Source of the DNA: Candidatus Cloacimonadales bacterium
GTDB lineage: Bacteria; Cloacimonadota; Cloacimonadia; Cloacimonadales; JAIOQZ01
NCBI GenBank assembly: GCA_963665815.1
Contig: OY762463.1
Span: 1,568,001-1,632,000 of the forward strand
Length of the DNA stretch: 64,000 nucleotides
Direction of reading: 5' to 3'
Shown: piece after piece, positions 51,604 through 61,205 of the stretch
Layout of the letters: the number at the start of each line of letters is the position of its first letter
Position numbering within the stretch: position 1 is the stretch's first letter
Position numbers and translations under genes: made by a program
The notes under the pieces: model-generated
What the model was told of the DNA's origin: nothing
Database searches by the model: none
What the model saw: the letters and a program-made list of their open reading frames with translations, nothing else

Positions 51604-52188
51604 TCAGAACTTCTCTTTCAATGCCATATTTTCGTATTTATCCAGAGCTTCTTTGAAGCATGACTTACATTTCATAAAATACTTGAAATGTCTATCAACG
51701 GCTTTAATCCACTGGTAGTATAATGTAATCAGGTTATCCTCATTCTCCCCCATCTGATTCAGCATTCCTTCAATTGTATCAGATTCCTGCTGGCATAGGC
51801 AATCAGGTGATTGCAGTACAATCATTTCTTCCTTATCTGTAAACCAGAAAGGATAGATTCTGCAATAGAATGGGCGAATATCAACCGGAAGTTTACATCC
51901 TTCATCCCCAAGAAAAACACATTTACCATCTTCTATACGAAGCCTGATCCTGAAATTATTAACAAATAACTGCTTGAAGGAAGAGTTGATATCTCTGCAC
52001 ATGAACACAAAATCATTATGTACTCTGTCTACCACAAATGATTCTCCGGGAAGAAGATTACAGTGCATGATAATTCGTTTAACTTCCGTCAGGGTTAATC
52101 CAAACATGTATGGTTCAAGATCTGGTTTCATCAGGCAACAACCTGTCATATTCTCATGACAAATCCGGCAAACAGATTTTTCCGACAT
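51604..52188 (-). CDS. YkgJ family cysteine-cluster protein
   Basis: CRIC...GCC, CVFL..GC, RPFYCRIYPF. Confidence 0.82.
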   Translation of the reverse strand: MSEKSVCRICHENMTGCCLMKPDLEPYMFGLTLTEVKRIIMHCNLLPGESFVVDRVHNDFVFMCRDINSSFKQLFVNNFRIRLRIEDGKCVFLGDEGCKLPVDIRPFYCRIYPFWFTDKEEMIVLQSPDCLCQQESDTIEGMLNQMGENEDNLITLYYQWIKAVDRHFKYFMKCKSCFKEALDKYENMALKEKF

Positions 52189-52337
52189 TAATAGCTCCTT
52201 TCTAAAATTTACTGTGTCATGATATCATAGTTTCACTTTTACTGCAAGATGTTTATGGATAAATCTTTGAGAGTTTTGAATAATGCAACAAAAAAAAACT
52301 TCTCACCATGCAAAGAAAAAGGATTAATCTATGATGC

Positions 52338-52364
52338 AAAAAAAGGTCACAAAGAATGTGACCT
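52338..52364 (-). terminator. Intrinsic terminator of the PLP-enzyme operon
   Basis: Minus strand reads AGGTCACA-TTCTT-TGTGACCT followed by a T-run. Confidence 0.8.
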
Positions 52365-52394
52365 GTAATAGTTAATTATTGATATATTTAAGTT

Positions 52395-53864
52395 CTACTC
52401 ATATTCCTTGAGCAATCCTGTTTTTTCATTAAATTCCTCAATCTCTTTATCCCACTCATCCACAAGATCATATTTGCTGTCCCAGTATTTCTTATCATAC
52501 CACTGAGCATTTAGTTCATCAAGATCATAATCCTGTTGTTCAATCCAGGTAAAATACTTCAGATTATGCATACGCTTTTTATCGTAATATGACAATTCAA
52601 GTAAATTATCTGTTGAGACAGTCAGAAGCTGAGAATAATAGTCTATTGCTGCTCTTTCTGAGGAGTAATCTCCATCGGCTTCCTGTGCTTCTCTCATTCT
52701 GGAACCGTACATTTCCATTGAATCAGTAGCAACAGTAAACAAGCAGTCATTCTCATCCATTTCGTAGTATTTGGCTGTCTTAATACATGTCAGCACATTT
52801 GCTATAGACGAAATCCCGAATAAATCAAGTTTTTCCAGAATACCTTCCGGGACACCTTTAGATTTGAGAAATTCTTTACCAGCCTCTTCATTGAATAGTC
52901 TCATCAGCTTCATTACTCTATCATCGTCAATATCCGCAACCATATCCATATTTTTGAGGTTATGAATCCATGGAACGTGTTTATCGCCAATCCCTTCAAT
53001 TCTGTGACCACCATATCCATTATACAATAATGTAGGACATTGTAGAGCCTCTGAGCAGACAACTTTTGTCTGAGGATATTCTTTTCTGAGATAGTCTGCA
53101 CAACCAAGAGTTCCTGCTGAACCTTGTGTCAGACATACACCTGAGAAAGTAGAATCAGCTGTTTTATTAGCATCAAAAACTTCCTGCATGGCTTTTCCGG
53201 TAACATGATAATGCCAGAGAGAATTACCGAATTCAGCAAATTGATTGAGTACTACAATCTCGTCACCACGTTCGTTCTTCAGACGCTTTGTTTCGTCATA
53301 GATTTCTTTTACATTAGATTCACAGCCGGGGGTTCTGATTACTTCTGAACCAACTTTTTCCAGCCAGTCAAAACGTTCCTGAGACATCTCCATTGGCAGA
53401 ACAGCAATCGAATGACACCCTAACAGATATGAGTCATAAGCTCCTCCACGGCAATAGTTACCTGTTGAAGGCCAGAGTGCTTTCTGAGTTGTAGGATCGA
53501 ATTTTCCACTTACCAGTTTTTCTACAAGCGGTCCAAATGTTGCACCGACTTTATGTGCTCCGGTTGGGAAAAACTTACCAAGCAGAACAAATATTCTTGC
53601 TTTTACGCCAGTGATTTCAGAAGGCAGTTCAACATAGTTCACTCCACCAAAACCGCCACCTGCTTTTACAGGTTCGTTTTTCCAGGTAATTCTGAACAGA
53701 TTAAGAGGATGCAGATCCCATAATTCAAGTTCTTTCAGCTTCTGCTTAATTTTTCCAGGTATCAGTTCAGGATTCATCATCTGTTTATAAGTTGGAATAA
53801 TGATTCCTTTTTCTCTACAGCGTTTAATTGTATTTTCAAGTATCTGCTTTTCTTTATTAGTCAT
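52395..53864 (-). CDS. PLP-dependent fold-type II enzyme (cysteine/threonine synthase superfamily), function unknown
   Basis: FPTGAHKVGA (PLP Lys), PSTGNY, GSAGT, HRIEGIG. Confidence 0.8.
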   Translation of the reverse strand: MTNKEKQILENTIKRCREKGIIIPTYKQMMNPELIPGKIKQKLKELELWDLHPLNLFRITWKNEPVKAGGGFGGVNYVELPSEITGVKARIFVLLGKFFPTGAHKVGATFGPLVEKLVSGKFDPTTQKALWPSTGNYCRGGAYDSYLLGCHSIAVLPMEMSQERFDWLEKVGSEVIRTPGCESNVKEIYDETKRLKNERGDEIVVLNQFAEFGNSLWHYHVTGKAMQEVFDANKTADSTFSGVCLTQGSAGTLGCADYLRKEYPQTKVVCSEALQCPTLLYNGYGGHRIEGIGDKHVPWIHNLKNMDMVADIDDDRVMKLMRLFNEEAGKEFLKSKGVPEGILEKLDLFGISSIANVLTCIKTAKYYEMDENDCLFTVATDSMEMYGSRMREAQEADGDYSSERAAIDYYSQLLTVSTDNLLELSYYDKKRMHNLKYFTWIEQQDYDLDELNAQWYDKKYWDSKYDLVDEWDKEIEEFNEKTGLLKEYE

Positions 53865-55278
53865 TATCTGTTTCCTCCTCTATCAATAATTCATCTGTTT
53901 TCGTTAAGTTGGAGTCAATAGCTTTTGTAGCCTTTGCCCCAAGCTTTTTAATATTCTCTGCACGCCTTACAAGATTGCCCCGTCCGGTACTAAGTTTGTT
54001 CATCGCTCCATCATAAGTCTTTTGAACAGTATCCATCTGAGCACCAATCTTCTTCAGATCTTCAGTAAAAGCCACAAATTTATCGTATAGCTTTCCGCTT
54101 TCCTGTGCAATTTCCAGAGCATTCCTGCTTTGGTTTTCCTGCTGCCATAAGAAACTGACAGTCCTCATACTCACAAGCAGATTTGTAGAACTTACAAGCA
54201 CAATCTTTCTATCATAAGCATATTTGTATAACTCAGGAAACTCTCTCAATGCAAGAAAATAGCAGCCTTCAATCGGAATAAACATAAATACCAGATCAAG
54301 CCCGTCTATAGCTGTTGTATAATGCTTTGAATGCAATCCGTCAATATGAGCTTTAAGTGACACATTCAAGTCTTTCAAAGCAGATGCTCTTTGCTCATCA
54401 GTTTCTGCAGACACATACTTTTCGTAGGCAATGAGCGAGACTTTCGAGTCAATAATGATGTGCTTTTCTCTTGGGAGCTTCACCATTACATCCGGTTGAA
54501 CCTGTTTTCCTTCACTGTTTTTCAATCCCATTCCGGCTGATTGCGGTACATAGTGAATATCTCTTAAGAGTCCGGATTCTTCCAGAAGTCTTTCCAGAAT
54601 CACTTCTCCCCAGTTTCCTTGAGCTTTAACATTACCTTTCAAGGCTTTTGTAAGGTTATTAGCTTCATCACTGAGCTGTTTATTCATATCATTCAACAGC
54701 TTGATATGTTCTGCTAATGATGCATTACGTTTAAGGTTTTCATCATGAGTAGTAGCGATTCTTTTTTCAAATCTCTCGATGTTCTCTTTCAAAGGAGTAA
54801 GAACACTGCTTAGACTTTCCACATTCTGTTCTTTGAACAACTTACTGTTCTCTGTTAGAATTTTTGTAGCGAGATTCTCAAAGTTTACTCTATTCAGTTT
54901 ATTGAGTTCTTCATATTGCTTGTTATTATCTTCCAGTTTTTTTTCGATTTCTTCTTTTCTTGCCTGAATCAAAGTGAATTCTCTTTTCAAAGTATCATAT
55001 TGATGAATCAGTTCCATCAAACGTTTTTCACTTTTAACATAGAGTTCAGTCGTTCCTGAAAGCTTTTCCTGCAGTCGTGCTATTTCATTACCTTGTTCTA
55101 TTACTTCCTGAGTCTTTTTATCATATTCAGTATCTTTAAGATTTATTTTTTTATCCAGTTCTGCACTAAGTTCCTGATAAACCTTCAGTTTTGCAACAGT
55201 TCGCCATAAGCTTGCCATAATGCCAAGCACAACTAAGGTCACAAAACCCAGAAGCATACTCAGAATTTCGTAGTTCAT
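53857..55278 (-). CDS. rmuC: DNA recombination protein RmuC
   Basis: N-terminal TM, coiled coil, QGNWGEVILE, PDVMVKLP..IIIDSKVSL, MFIPIE, GKLYDK. Confidence 0.92.
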   Translation of the reverse strand: MNYEILSMLLGFVTLVVLGIMASLWRTVAKLKVYQELSAELDKKINLKDTEYDKKTQEVIEQGNEIARLQEKLSGTTELYVKSEKRLMELIHQYDTLKREFTLIQARKEEIEKKLEDNNKQYEELNKLNRVNFENLATKILTENSKLFKEQNVESLSSVLTPLKENIERFEKRIATTHDENLKRNASLAEHIKLLNDMNKQLSDEANNLTKALKGNVKAQGNWGEVILERLLEESGLLRDIHYVPQSAGMGLKNSEGKQVQPDVMVKLPREKHIIIDSKVSLIAYEKYVSAETDEQRASALKDLNVSLKAHIDGLHSKHYTTAIDGLDLVFMFIPIEGCYFLALREFPELYKYAYDRKIVLVSSTNLLVSMRTVSFLWQQENQSRNALEIAQESGKLYDKFVAFTEDLKKIGAQMDTVQKTYDGAMNKLSTGRGNLVRRAENIKKLGAKATKAIDSNLTKTDELLIEEETDND

Positions 55279-56264
55279 ATTCTCCCACCCATAGTAAGAG
55301 CCATTAAAGCTTTCTGTACATGGAGTCTGTTTTCTGCTTCCTGATATACAACTGAATGTGGTCCATCAATAACACCGTCAGTTACTTCTTTACCTCTGTC
55401 TGCTGGAAGCGGGTGCATATAGATTGAGTTTCTTTTGGTCAGATCCATCATCTTTTCATCGCATACCCAATCCGGATATTTTTCTATCAACTGAAGTCCT
55501 TCCTGTGTATCTTCAGTTGTTACAAGGGGTCCCCATGACTTAGGAATTACAATATCTGCATCTTCAAAAGCATCTTCGAAATTGTTTGATATTTCAAATT
55601 TGACGCCTGCTTCTTCAGCATTCTTCATAGCAGTTGCTTCTATCTCAGGCATAAGTTTGAACTCAGGTGGATAAGCAAGCGTAACATCCAGTCCGAATCG
55701 GGGCATCATCAGAATAAGACTTTGCGGAACGGAAAGCGGTCTGATATAGTTAGGAGCACTTGTCCACGCAACACCTATCTTCAGTCCACGGGTATTGGTT
55801 CCAAACTTCTCTCTGATTGTCATATAGTCGGCAAGAATCTGACATGGATGGTATACATCGCATTGCATGTTTATAACCGGAACGCTGGCATGTTTAGCCA
55901 TATCATTAATATATTTGTTCCCGATTTTGTAATCACAATGTCTTATTGCAATACCTTCACCATATGAAGAAAGAACTTTTGCAGTATCTTTATTACTTTC
56001 ACCATGTGAAATCTGAGTTTTTTCCGGAGACAGAAAAACAGCATGACCGCCAAGCTGGTTCATTCCTGTTTCGAAGGAGTTTCTTGTTCTTGTTGATGAA
56101 AAGAAAAACAGCATATAAAGAGTTTTATAAAGCAGATAAGGATGCGGAGTTCCGATAGCATGCTTTTTCTTCAGGTCTGCAGCAACTTCAAAAATAGTAT
56201 TGAGTTCATCAACTGACCAGTCCTGAGTCGTAATAAAATCTTTTCCTTTCAAGTTAGTAATCAT
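55275..56264 (-). CDS. Carbamoyltransferase, YgeW/ArgF'-like (knotted type)
   Basis: SSTRTR, HPCQILAD, AWTSAPNYIRPLSVPQS, DIVIPKSWG, MHPLPADR, EAENRLH. Confidence 0.82.
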   Translation of the reverse strand: MITNLKGKDFITTQDWSVDELNTIFEVAADLKKKHAIGTPHPYLLYKTLYMLFFFSSTRTRNSFETGMNQLGGHAVFLSPEKTQISHGESNKDTAKVLSSYGEGIAIRHCDYKIGNKYINDMAKHASVPVINMQCDVYHPCQILADYMTIREKFGTNTRGLKIGVAWTSAPNYIRPLSVPQSLILMMPRFGLDVTLAYPPEFKLMPEIEATAMKNAEEAGVKFEISNNFEDAFEDADIVIPKSWGPLVTTEDTQEGLQLIEKYPDWVCDEKMMDLTKRNSIYMHPLPADRGKEVTDGVIDGPHSVVYQEAENRLHVQKALMALTMGGRI

Positions 56265-56437
56265 TGTCATCCTCCTCTATTTGTAATATTATGATAACAC
56301 AAAATATTATCACAATGCTCAGGAAAGTCAAATTATTTAATGTTTCTTTTAGCAGGTAATTTCAAACTACTGATTTATCAAACAATTTATTGACATAAAA
56401 ACATTTCTTCAGACAACTTATAGACAAGGAGCTTTGT

Positions 56438-59400
56438 ATGAAAAATATTAAATCATTGAATGTATTTTATGTTCTTGTTATTCTACTCACTACACTTAAT
56501 CTGTATGGAGTAACATCTGAGATTTCAATCATTAAAACCAACTTTCATCATGAAAACGATTTCTCTATACCTGAGCTGAATGAAAATCAATATATAGATT
56601 TCGAACAAGGTAATCCTTCCATACCTGTGCAGACTTACTGGTTTCTGCTTGAGCAGAACCAAAAAATTTCACATGCGGATGTGAAAGTACTATCCTCTTT
56701 TTCCGAAGAACTGGAATACCCTCTATTGCCTGTGCAAAAACAGTCTCCTATCAGCCTGAAAACTCAAGTTGAGGTTACCAGAGCTTACAACACAGACGTT
56801 TTTCCCGGGAATATTATTTACAGAACAGGCAACGGTTATTCAGGAAGCCGGAATATCGGATTTGTGTCTTTTTATACAGGAAGTTATAATACTGAGACTT
56901 CGGAGTATACCGGATATAATTCTATCCGGATCGATATTGAAACAGAATACTGTAGAACAGAGACATTGCCTGCAAATCTTGTTAGTGATGATGTAACAAA
57001 AATGCTCACAGGTATTGAAGTTTCACAGAACACTTCTCTGGATCACCTGATTATTACTGAAAGACAGTTTACTGATGAATTTCAAAGACTAATTGAATGG
57101 CGAAAATCCCAGGGATACAATTCCAGAATAGCAACAATAGAAAATATTTATTATAATGTACCGGGATCAGACCTTCAGGAAAAAATCAGATCATTTATTA
57201 AATACACAGTCCAAAACAGTAATATAGATTACGTTACTCTTGCCGGTGATACTGATGCTATACCGCATAGAGCTGCATTTGCTTTTGATGCTACTACAAG
57301 TTCAAGTTCGGCTAATGACATACCATGTGATATGTATTACTCATGTCTTGATGGTGACTGGAATGCGAATGGGAATGATGTTTACGGTGAAGATGATGAT
57401 AATGTTGACTATTTCCCTGATGTTTATGTAAGCCGTTTATCAGTTACTGCTTCAGATGAAGTTGAAAACTACATTACTAAGATGATCAACTATGAAAAAG
57501 GAGAGTCTGATAACTACGAAAAGGCGGCGGGATTTTCTATGGAATTATGGTCGGAATCTAATAGTGAATCTGCTCAGCAATATATATACGACAGGTATTT
57601 CCCTCAGAATTTCCAAATTGACTTCCACTATGGGGATAACAACACTGACGAAAATTTCTTTAATACTTTGAATTCATCATATAATATTACTCAACATACA
57701 GGACATGCGAATAAAAATATACTGGCTCTCGGAGATGGTCATTATGTCAGAAACAATGATATTGATATGCTGAACAATGATTTTTGCGGTATGTTTTACA
57801 CTATAGGCTGCTGGTCTGCAGCTATTGACTATGACTCTATAGGAGAAAAGTTCATTACTACGCCAAACAGTTTCAGCGGATATATTGGCAACACAAGATA
57901 TGGCTGGGGAGCTCCCGCATCTCCTGCTTTCGGCTTTTCCGAGTTCTATCAGAAAGCTTTCTTCCGCAACATGTTTGAAAGAGATATCAGGAGAATTGCT
58001 CAGGGTAATGCATTACAGAAACTTGATTTCATCCCATATATGACAGGCACATCCGTGTACAAATGGGTAGCTTATGAGTTAATAGCACTTGGTGATGCTC
58101 CATATAAACTGTATCTGAATAATCCTTCTGAACTGAATGTCACACAAAACCTTGATAGAGACCAGATTGTATTGCATGTTACAGACAATTCAGAACCGGT
58201 TGCAGGCTGCTATGCCGTGCATGGCTACAATTCCGGTTATACTGACTACAATGGAGATATTTCATTCCCTCGTTCTGCAAGTTCTGACTCAATTTCTGTA
58301 TACCATGAAAACTATCAACCATATTCAGAACATGTTGACTCTTCCAATACAGAAGCATTGTTTGAGATTGACTCAAACATACCAGAATTTATATACAGCC
58401 AGGACTCATTAACATTCACTACTACTATTACTAATAACTCGACTGAAGATAAAGCTTTAGATATAGTATACATCTTTGATTCAAACAATGTAGACATTAC
58501 AGCAACATCTTTTCACACTAACGTGAACTCCGGGACACAATCAATGATGGGATTTACAAACGTTAAACTCGCCGAAAACAGTGCTGTCAAACCGGGAGAC
58601 ACAATAACCTTTGACCAGATTCTATATGACAATGACGTAGAGCTGATAAGAAAAAGATACAGCCTTCTCATTAAGGGTTCCCATGTAAGCTGTATACAAT
58701 TCCGTCAGAATTTCAACAGCAGAACGCTTAATTTCAGAGTCGGACTAACCGGTACAGATGCGTTGACAAATCTGGATGTAACCCTTTCTGACAATGACTA
58801 TGTCCATTTCAATCAGAATCAGTGGACTGTAACAGATTTGCAGAGAAGCTATATTGATCTGCAAACCACATTTGATCCCACAATAATTACCCGAGATCAA
58901 AGCAGTGTATACTTAACATTTAATTTTTCTAATAATACGGAAACTTACTCGCTGACACAGGAGATTATTGTTGCTGACGATAACAATATTGTTTATGAAG
59001 ACTTTGAAAGCCTTATAGACTGGCAGCAGGATATTGCCTGGGAGCAAGTGCAGACATTTGCTTATTCTGGAAACTACAGCCTTTCCTGCCATCCTGCAGT
59101 TACAAGCCTACAGATTATTGAAACTCCTGCTTTGACTTTCAGCAATGGTATGGATTTAAGCTTTCAGTATAAATATCAGATGCCCATGTATGGAACTCAT
59201 GGCGTTTTCGTAACTCTTGAGACAGAATCCAGATGCGATACTCTTATCTTCCTTGGAGCAGGAGGAGCTCTTGGAGGAGAAGAAGAGGAATTTGCAATCA
59301 TAGAGTCTGACTGGGCAGAATACAGAATTGATATAAATGACTTCCTGATTGATGATCTGTCAGAAGGAGAAATATTCAGTATAAAACTGGGATTTAATTA

Positions 59401-59800
59401 TGCTGATTCACTTGATGGTTTTGATTACATTTCAGATCCTGAAAACGGTGTTTTCATTGATGAATTCCAATTGGGTTCTACTCCGCAGATTGTTTCAGAA
59501 GACAACCATGAAATTGTAAATAATAATGGAATAAATGTTACATTTAATAATCCTGCATTAATCAGTTCCGGAAATTGCAAATTCAGTATTTCTACTGAAA
59601 AAGCATTGGAATCACTCTCAATTTACAACATTAAAGGTCAGAAAGTGAAATCATGGAAACAAGCTGAACTTGAGGAAAGAAAAAATATTTTCTGGAATTA
59701 TCAAGATAATTCAAGTAAGATCGTTGCTAATGGAGTATACTTCATAAGGGCAAAATCAGCTAATTGTAATAAAACCATGAAGATGGTTATTATCAAATAA
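56438..59800 (+). CDS. Gingipain-like C25 family secreted peptidase with C-terminal sorting domain
   Basis: GNPSIP propeptide; LIEWRKSQG, YVTLAGD, CDMYYSCLDG, HTGHA (His), IGCWS (Cys), GNTRYGW, LGDAP; IYNIKGQKV...GVYFIR...IIK. Confidence 0.87.
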   Translation: MKNIKSLNVFYVLVILLTTLNLYGVTSEISIIKTNFHHENDFSIPELNENQYIDFEQGNPSIPVQTYWFLLEQNQKISHADVKVLSSFSEELEYPLLPVQKQSPISLKTQVEVTRAYNTDVFPGNIIYRTGNGYSGSRNIGFVSFYTGSYNTETSEYTGYNSIRIDIETEYCRTETLPANLVSDDVTKMLTGIEVSQNTSLDHLIITERQFTDEFQRLIEWRKSQGYNSRIATIENIYYNVPGSDLQEKIRSFIKYTVQNSNIDYVTLAGDTDAIPHRAAFAFDATTSSSSANDIPCDMYYSCLDGDWNANGNDVYGEDDDNVDYFPDVYVSRLSVTASDEVENYITKMINYEKGESDNYEKAAGFSMELWSESNSESAQQYIYDRYFPQNFQIDFHYGDNNTDENFFNTLNSSYNITQHTGHANKNILALGDGHYVRNNDIDMLNNDFCGMFYTIGCWSAAIDYDSIGEKFITTPNSFSGYIGNTRYGWGAPASPAFGFSEFYQKAFFRNMFERDIRRIAQGNALQKLDFIPYMTGTSVYKWVAYELIALGDAPYKLYLNNPSELNVTQNLDRDQIVLHVTDNSEPVAGCYAVHGYNSGYTDYNGDISFPRSASSDSISVYHENYQPYSEHVDSSNTEALFEIDSNIPEFIYSQDSLTFTTTITNNSTEDKALDIVYIFDSNNVDITATSFHTNVNSGTQSMMGFTNVKLAENSAVKPGDTITFDQILYDNDVELIRKRYSLLIKGSHVSCIQFRQNFNSRTLNFRVGLTGTDALTNLDVTLSDNDYVHFNQNQWTVTDLQRSYIDLQTTFDPTIITRDQSSVYLTFNFSNNTETYSLTQEIIVADDNNIVYEDFESLIDWQQDIAWEQVQTFAYSGNYSLSCHPAVTSLQIIETPALTFSNGMDLSFQYKYQMPMYGTHGVFVTLETESRCDTLIFLGAGGALGGEEEEFAIIESDWAEYRIDINDFLIDDLSEGEIFSIKLGFNYADSLDGFDYISDPENGVFIDEFQLGSTPQIVSEDNHEIVNNNGINVTFNNPALISSGNCKFSISTEKALESLSIYNIKGQKVKSWKQAELEERKNIFWNYQDNSSKIVANGVYFIRAKSANCNKTMKMVIIK

Positions 59801-60172
59801 TAAACTTGTTTTCGTACTTTGCTTTTTTCTTACTCTGGTTTATTATTTTTATAGAATTTTTTTGTCTTTTTATGCTGATTTATTCATTGTCAGAAATAAA
59901 ATATTTATCATATAGAAAAATAAGCTTTACAAAATAATGGATTAATAATAAAGACTCCTCTAAAGATCTTTAAAAAGATTTGTAACTTATTGTTTCATAG
60001 TTTTCTTTATCTGACTTTGATAATTTTATGAAGTTGTACAGCATGATTATAGATCAGTGTATAACTGCATTTCTCTATATCCAGGTTCAAGTACAGTACA
60101 TCATGACTTTCTCTGTTCAGAAAAAATTTACTTCAACATAAAGTTACGCAAATTAATTACAAGGAGAACAGA

Positions 60173-60445
60173 ATGAGTGTTCACAAAATTTATGTTGGAA
60201 ATATTTCCTACCAAACAACAGAGGAAGACCTTAAAGAGCATTTTGAACAAGCCGGTGAAGTATTAAATGTAAAAATTATTACTGACAGAGATACTGGTAG
60301 AAACCGTGGTTTTGGTTTCATCGAAATGACAGAAGAAGGCGTTAATCAAGCTATCGAAGAACTTAATGACAAAGCCTTCCAAGGAAGAAACCTCAAAGTA
60401 AGCGTTGCTAAAGACAATAATAGAAGACCTAGAAATAACTATTAA
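60173..60445 (+). CDS. RRM RNA-binding protein
   Basis: RNP2 IYVGNI and RNP1 RGFGFIEM; AAGGAG RBS. Confidence 0.93.
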   Translation: MSVHKIYVGNISYQTTEEDLKEHFEQAGEVLNVKIITDRDTGRNRGFGFIEMTEEGVNQAIEELNDKAFQGRNLKVSVAKDNNRRPRNNY

Positions 60446-60464
60446 TATAGCAACTTAAAATATT

Positions 60465-60493
60465 AAAGGCTGCGTTTTCGCAGCCTTTTTTTT
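60465..60493 (+). terminator. Intrinsic terminator
   Basis: AAAGGCTGCG-TTTT-CGCAGCCTTT followed by a T-run. Confidence 0.9.
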
Positions 60494-60512
60494 ATCTATT
60501 CAAAAGAAGATT

Positions 60513-61205
60513 TCAGTTCTGTTCAATTTCAACATTTCCGGTTTCACATATAATATCAAGATATATTGTACTTAGACTATTACCGAACTTCTCATTAACA
60601 AGAGCATCACCCTTCTCAAAAAATCCCGGAGCTGCAAGCCTGAACATGGATCCTGTTGTTGCAATCTGTACACCTGTCTTTGACGGCACAGATACCTTAG
60701 TATATCCAACACTATTGTGAAGAGTAATAAAAACATCATCGTTAATCATCTCACCAAGAACAAGATTAACCGATCCTACTGCACAGAAAATATCAAGTTT
60801 TCGGAGATCGACATCCTGTAGATTCAGCTTTAAATCTCCGGAATTACATTCAATTTTTATATCTGTAGATTTTCCATTCGGAATACTGATATTCCATTGA
60901 CGCAAGTTCTTTTCCCTGTCAGGAGCTTTCAAACTGAATACACCATCAGCAAAATTTACTTCTGCTGAATCAGCCTGATTGTACCTGTATAGAACAGCAG
61001 AAAGACTATCCTGATCACTGCCGGTAATATTAAGAATTCCTTTATCCAGTTTAAGCTCAACTTTCTTTTTGCCTGTCTCCTGTTCAAAGGCAACAGTTTG
61101 TTTTACCATCTTATCCAGTTCAGCTTCATCAAGTTTTATCTCAATATCGCAGCTGACGAGGAACATTATAGCAATAAGAACAAGTAACAGACGTTTCAGA
61201 CTCAC
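60513..61205 (-). CDS. Lipoprotein, DUF2154/toast-rack-like
   Basis: GTG start overlaps the permease stop (GTGA); lipobox LVSC; repeated beta motifs (SGDLKLNL, VGSVNL). Confidence 0.65.
   Translation of the reverse strand: MSLKRLLLVLIAIMFLVSCDIEIKLDEAELDKMVKQTVAFEQETGKKKVELKLDKGILNITGSDQDSLSAVLYRYNQADSAEVNFADGVFSLKAPDREKNLRQWNISIPNGKSTDIKIECNSGDLKLNLQDVDLRKLDIFCAVGSVNLVLGEMINDDVFITLHNSVGYTKVSVPSKTGVQIATTGSMFRLAAPGFFEKGDALVNEKFGNSLSTIYLDIICETGNVEIEQN

Noticed and set aside
55275-56264. Calling this gene argF/arcB
   Set aside because: It lacks the SMG ornithine loop and HCLP; motifs fit the knotted YgeW-like group.
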